A stretch of 57,373 nt of DNA from a virus (Duplodnaviria; Caudoviricetes), in IMG/VR virus record IMGVR_UViG_3300027708_000084, positions 1-57,373 of that record, one strand, 5' to 3'. The position numbers and the translations under genes are program-made. Numbering within the stretch: position 1 is the stretch's first letter; each line of letters starts with the position of its first letter. Of the stretch, positions 55,734 to 57,373 are shown one piece after another. Under the pieces are notes generated by a model. That model was not told where the DNA came from and ran no database searches. It worked only from the letters and a program-made list of their open reading frames with translations.

Positions 55734-57373
55734 TTATCCATGTGCTGCTGCAAAAGCAAGAGTGCTTGGGCCTCCGCTAGCTGTTGAAGATCCATTAACT
55801 ACTGTAAATGTAGAGCTAGTACTATCACTATAACTAATTGTATAAGTATCTGTTGAACCTGCAGTACCATCACCAGCGGTTCTACTTATAGAACTAATAC
55901 CACGACCATTTGTGCCCGCAGTACCATTACTACCATTAACTACTGTAAAAGTACTTGTAGTTGAATCACTGTAAGTAATAGTATAAGTATCTGTACTACC
56001 AGCTAAACCAGTTCCACTGGTTCTTGAAATAGTAGAAATACCCTTACCAGTAGCACCTGTAGCACCCGTAGCACCTGTAGTACCCGTAGCACCATTACTA
56101 CCATTAACTACTGTAAAAGTAGAATTAGTTGAGTCGCTATAACTAATAGTATAAGTATCAGTACTACCAGCTAAGCCAGTTCCACTAGTTCTAGTTATTG
56201 AGTTAATACCACGACCATTAGCGCCTGTTGCACCCGTACTACCTGTAGCACCTGTACTACCTTGAGCACCATTACTACCATTAACTACTGTAAAAGTACT
56301 TGTAGTTGAATCACTATATGTAATAGTATAAGTATCTGTACTACCAGCTAAACCAGTTCCACTGGTTCTTGAAATAGTAGAAATACCTTTACCAGTAGCA
56401 CCTTGAGCACCTGTAGCACCTTGAGCACCCGTAGCACCTTGAGCACCCGTAGCACCATCATTACCATTAGTACCATTAACTACTCTAAAAGTTGAAGTAG
56501 TTGAATCACTGTAAGTAATAGTATATGTATCAGTTGAACCTGCAGTTCCAGTACCACTGGTTCTAGCTATTGCATTAATAGCTCGTCCATTAGTACCATT
56601 ACTACCATTAGTTACACTAAAAGTACTTGTAGTTGAATCACTGTAAGTAATAGTGTAGGTATCTGTAGTACCTGCGGCACCTGTTCCACTAGTTCTGGCT
56701 ATTGAATTAATACCTTTACTACCATTAACTACTGTAAAGGTACTTGTAGTTGAATCGCTATAGGTAATAGTATAGGTATCTGTAGTACCAGCAGCACCTG
56801 TTCCGCTAGTTCTGGCTATTGCATTAATGCCTCGCCCATTAGTACCATTACTACCATTACTACCATTAACTACTGTAAAAGTACTTGTAGTTGAATCACT
56901 ATAGGTAATAGTATAAGTATCAGTACTACCAACAACCCCTGTTCCACTGGTTCTGGCTATTGAACTAATAGCTCTGCCAGAGGTGCCCTTAAAGTTACCA
57001 ATTATAGAGTAAACACCGCTGGTTCTTTTATAAATATCACTTGTAGTAGTATTTAAGTAGAAGTCACCATCTATACCTAATGTATTTGATGGAACTATTG
57101 TACCGTTTCTCCATATAATTCGATTGGCTTGTAGTGCATAATTACTAGCACTTTGAACATAATCTGCGGCTTGTGGTAATAGAACATTTTTAATATTATT
57201 TTCAGTAGTAAGTGCACCACTTGCAGAAAGAGTTGCTCTATCAGCAGCAATTCCTGCTGCCTGTGCATACGAATTAGCATTTTGAGAAGATGTTAGTACT
57301 TGATCTGCTTCAGCTACTGCTACATTCTTTGCTTCTACTGCAGTTGTAGCAGCGCTTGCAGCACTTGCACTTG
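55734..57373 (-). CDS. tail fibre protein, 5'-truncated by the window edge
   Basis: Frame appears open to the edge (both ends translated by hand); Ala-rich coiled coil, GIDGDFYLN, 8 repeats and collagen spacers; missing from the ORF track. Confidence 0.8.
   Translation of the reverse strand, partial: SASAASAATTAVEAKNVAVAEADQVLTSSQNANSYAQAAGIAADRATLSASGALTTENNIKNVLLPQAADYVQSASNYALQANRIIWRNGTIVPSNTLGIDGDFYLNTTTSDIYKRTSGVYSIIGNFKGTSGRAISSIARTSGTGVVGSTDTYTITYSDSTTSTFTVVNGSNGSNGTNGRGINAIARTSGTGAAGTTDTYTITYSDSTTSTFTVVNGSKGINSIARTSGTGAAGTTDTYTITYSDSTTSTFSVTNGSNGTNGRAINAIARTSGTGTAGSTDTYTITYSDSTTSTFRVVNGTNGNDGATGAQGATGAQGATGAQGATGKGISTISRTSGTGLAGSTDTYTITYSDSTTSTFTVVNGSNGAQGSTGATGSTGATGANGRGINSITRTSGTGLAGSTDTYTISYSDSTNSTFTVVNGSNGATGTTGATGATGATGKGISTISRTSGTGLAGSTDTYTITYSDSTTSTFTVVNGSNGTAGTNGRGISSISRTAGDGTAGSTDTYTISYSDSTSSTFTVVNGSSTASGGPSTLAFAAAHG
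55790..56985 (-). repeat. 8 intragenic ~39-codon repeats
   Basis: G(R/K)(G/A)I..I.RTSG.G..G.TDTYTI.YSDST.STF.V.NG x8. Confidence 0.85.

Noticed and set aside
55790-56985. Periodic repeats as a CRISPR array or DGR
   Set aside because: They are in-frame coding repeats with synonymous variation; no cas or reverse transcriptase gene is present

Overview
This is a 57 kb fragment of a lytic T5-like (Demerecviridae-type) phage genome; an aquatic proteobacterial host is inferred, not shown. From left to right: (1) a pre-early-like region with two A2-like DNA-binding paralogues and a ~1 kb ORF-free, highly structured RNA locus containing tRNA-Glu; (2) an isolated Calx-beta adhesin/tail cassette; (3) a leftward early cluster (SOD, ThyX, SleB hydrolase); (4) a rightward region with UvsE, Hsp20 behind a ROSE-like thermometer, a circularly permuted two-piece tmRNA with a small ORF in its intervening segment, ClpP, a carbamoyltransferase and 17 more tRNAs; (5) the T5-ordered replication block (D3, PC4-like, split ligase, D5, D6 helicase, primase, PolA, D10-D15, dUTPase) plus a class II RNR; (6) two convergent Dps paralogues, PhoH and a lysis cassette (holin, embedded spanins, GH19 endolysin); (7) tail-fibre genes that run off the right edge. 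The strongest novelty candidates are the large ornate RNA (GOLLD-like?), the ORF-carrying permuted tmRNA next to ClpP, SSB-tail-mimic peptides and the Dps pair. All protein calls come from motif recognition by eye; no searches were run.
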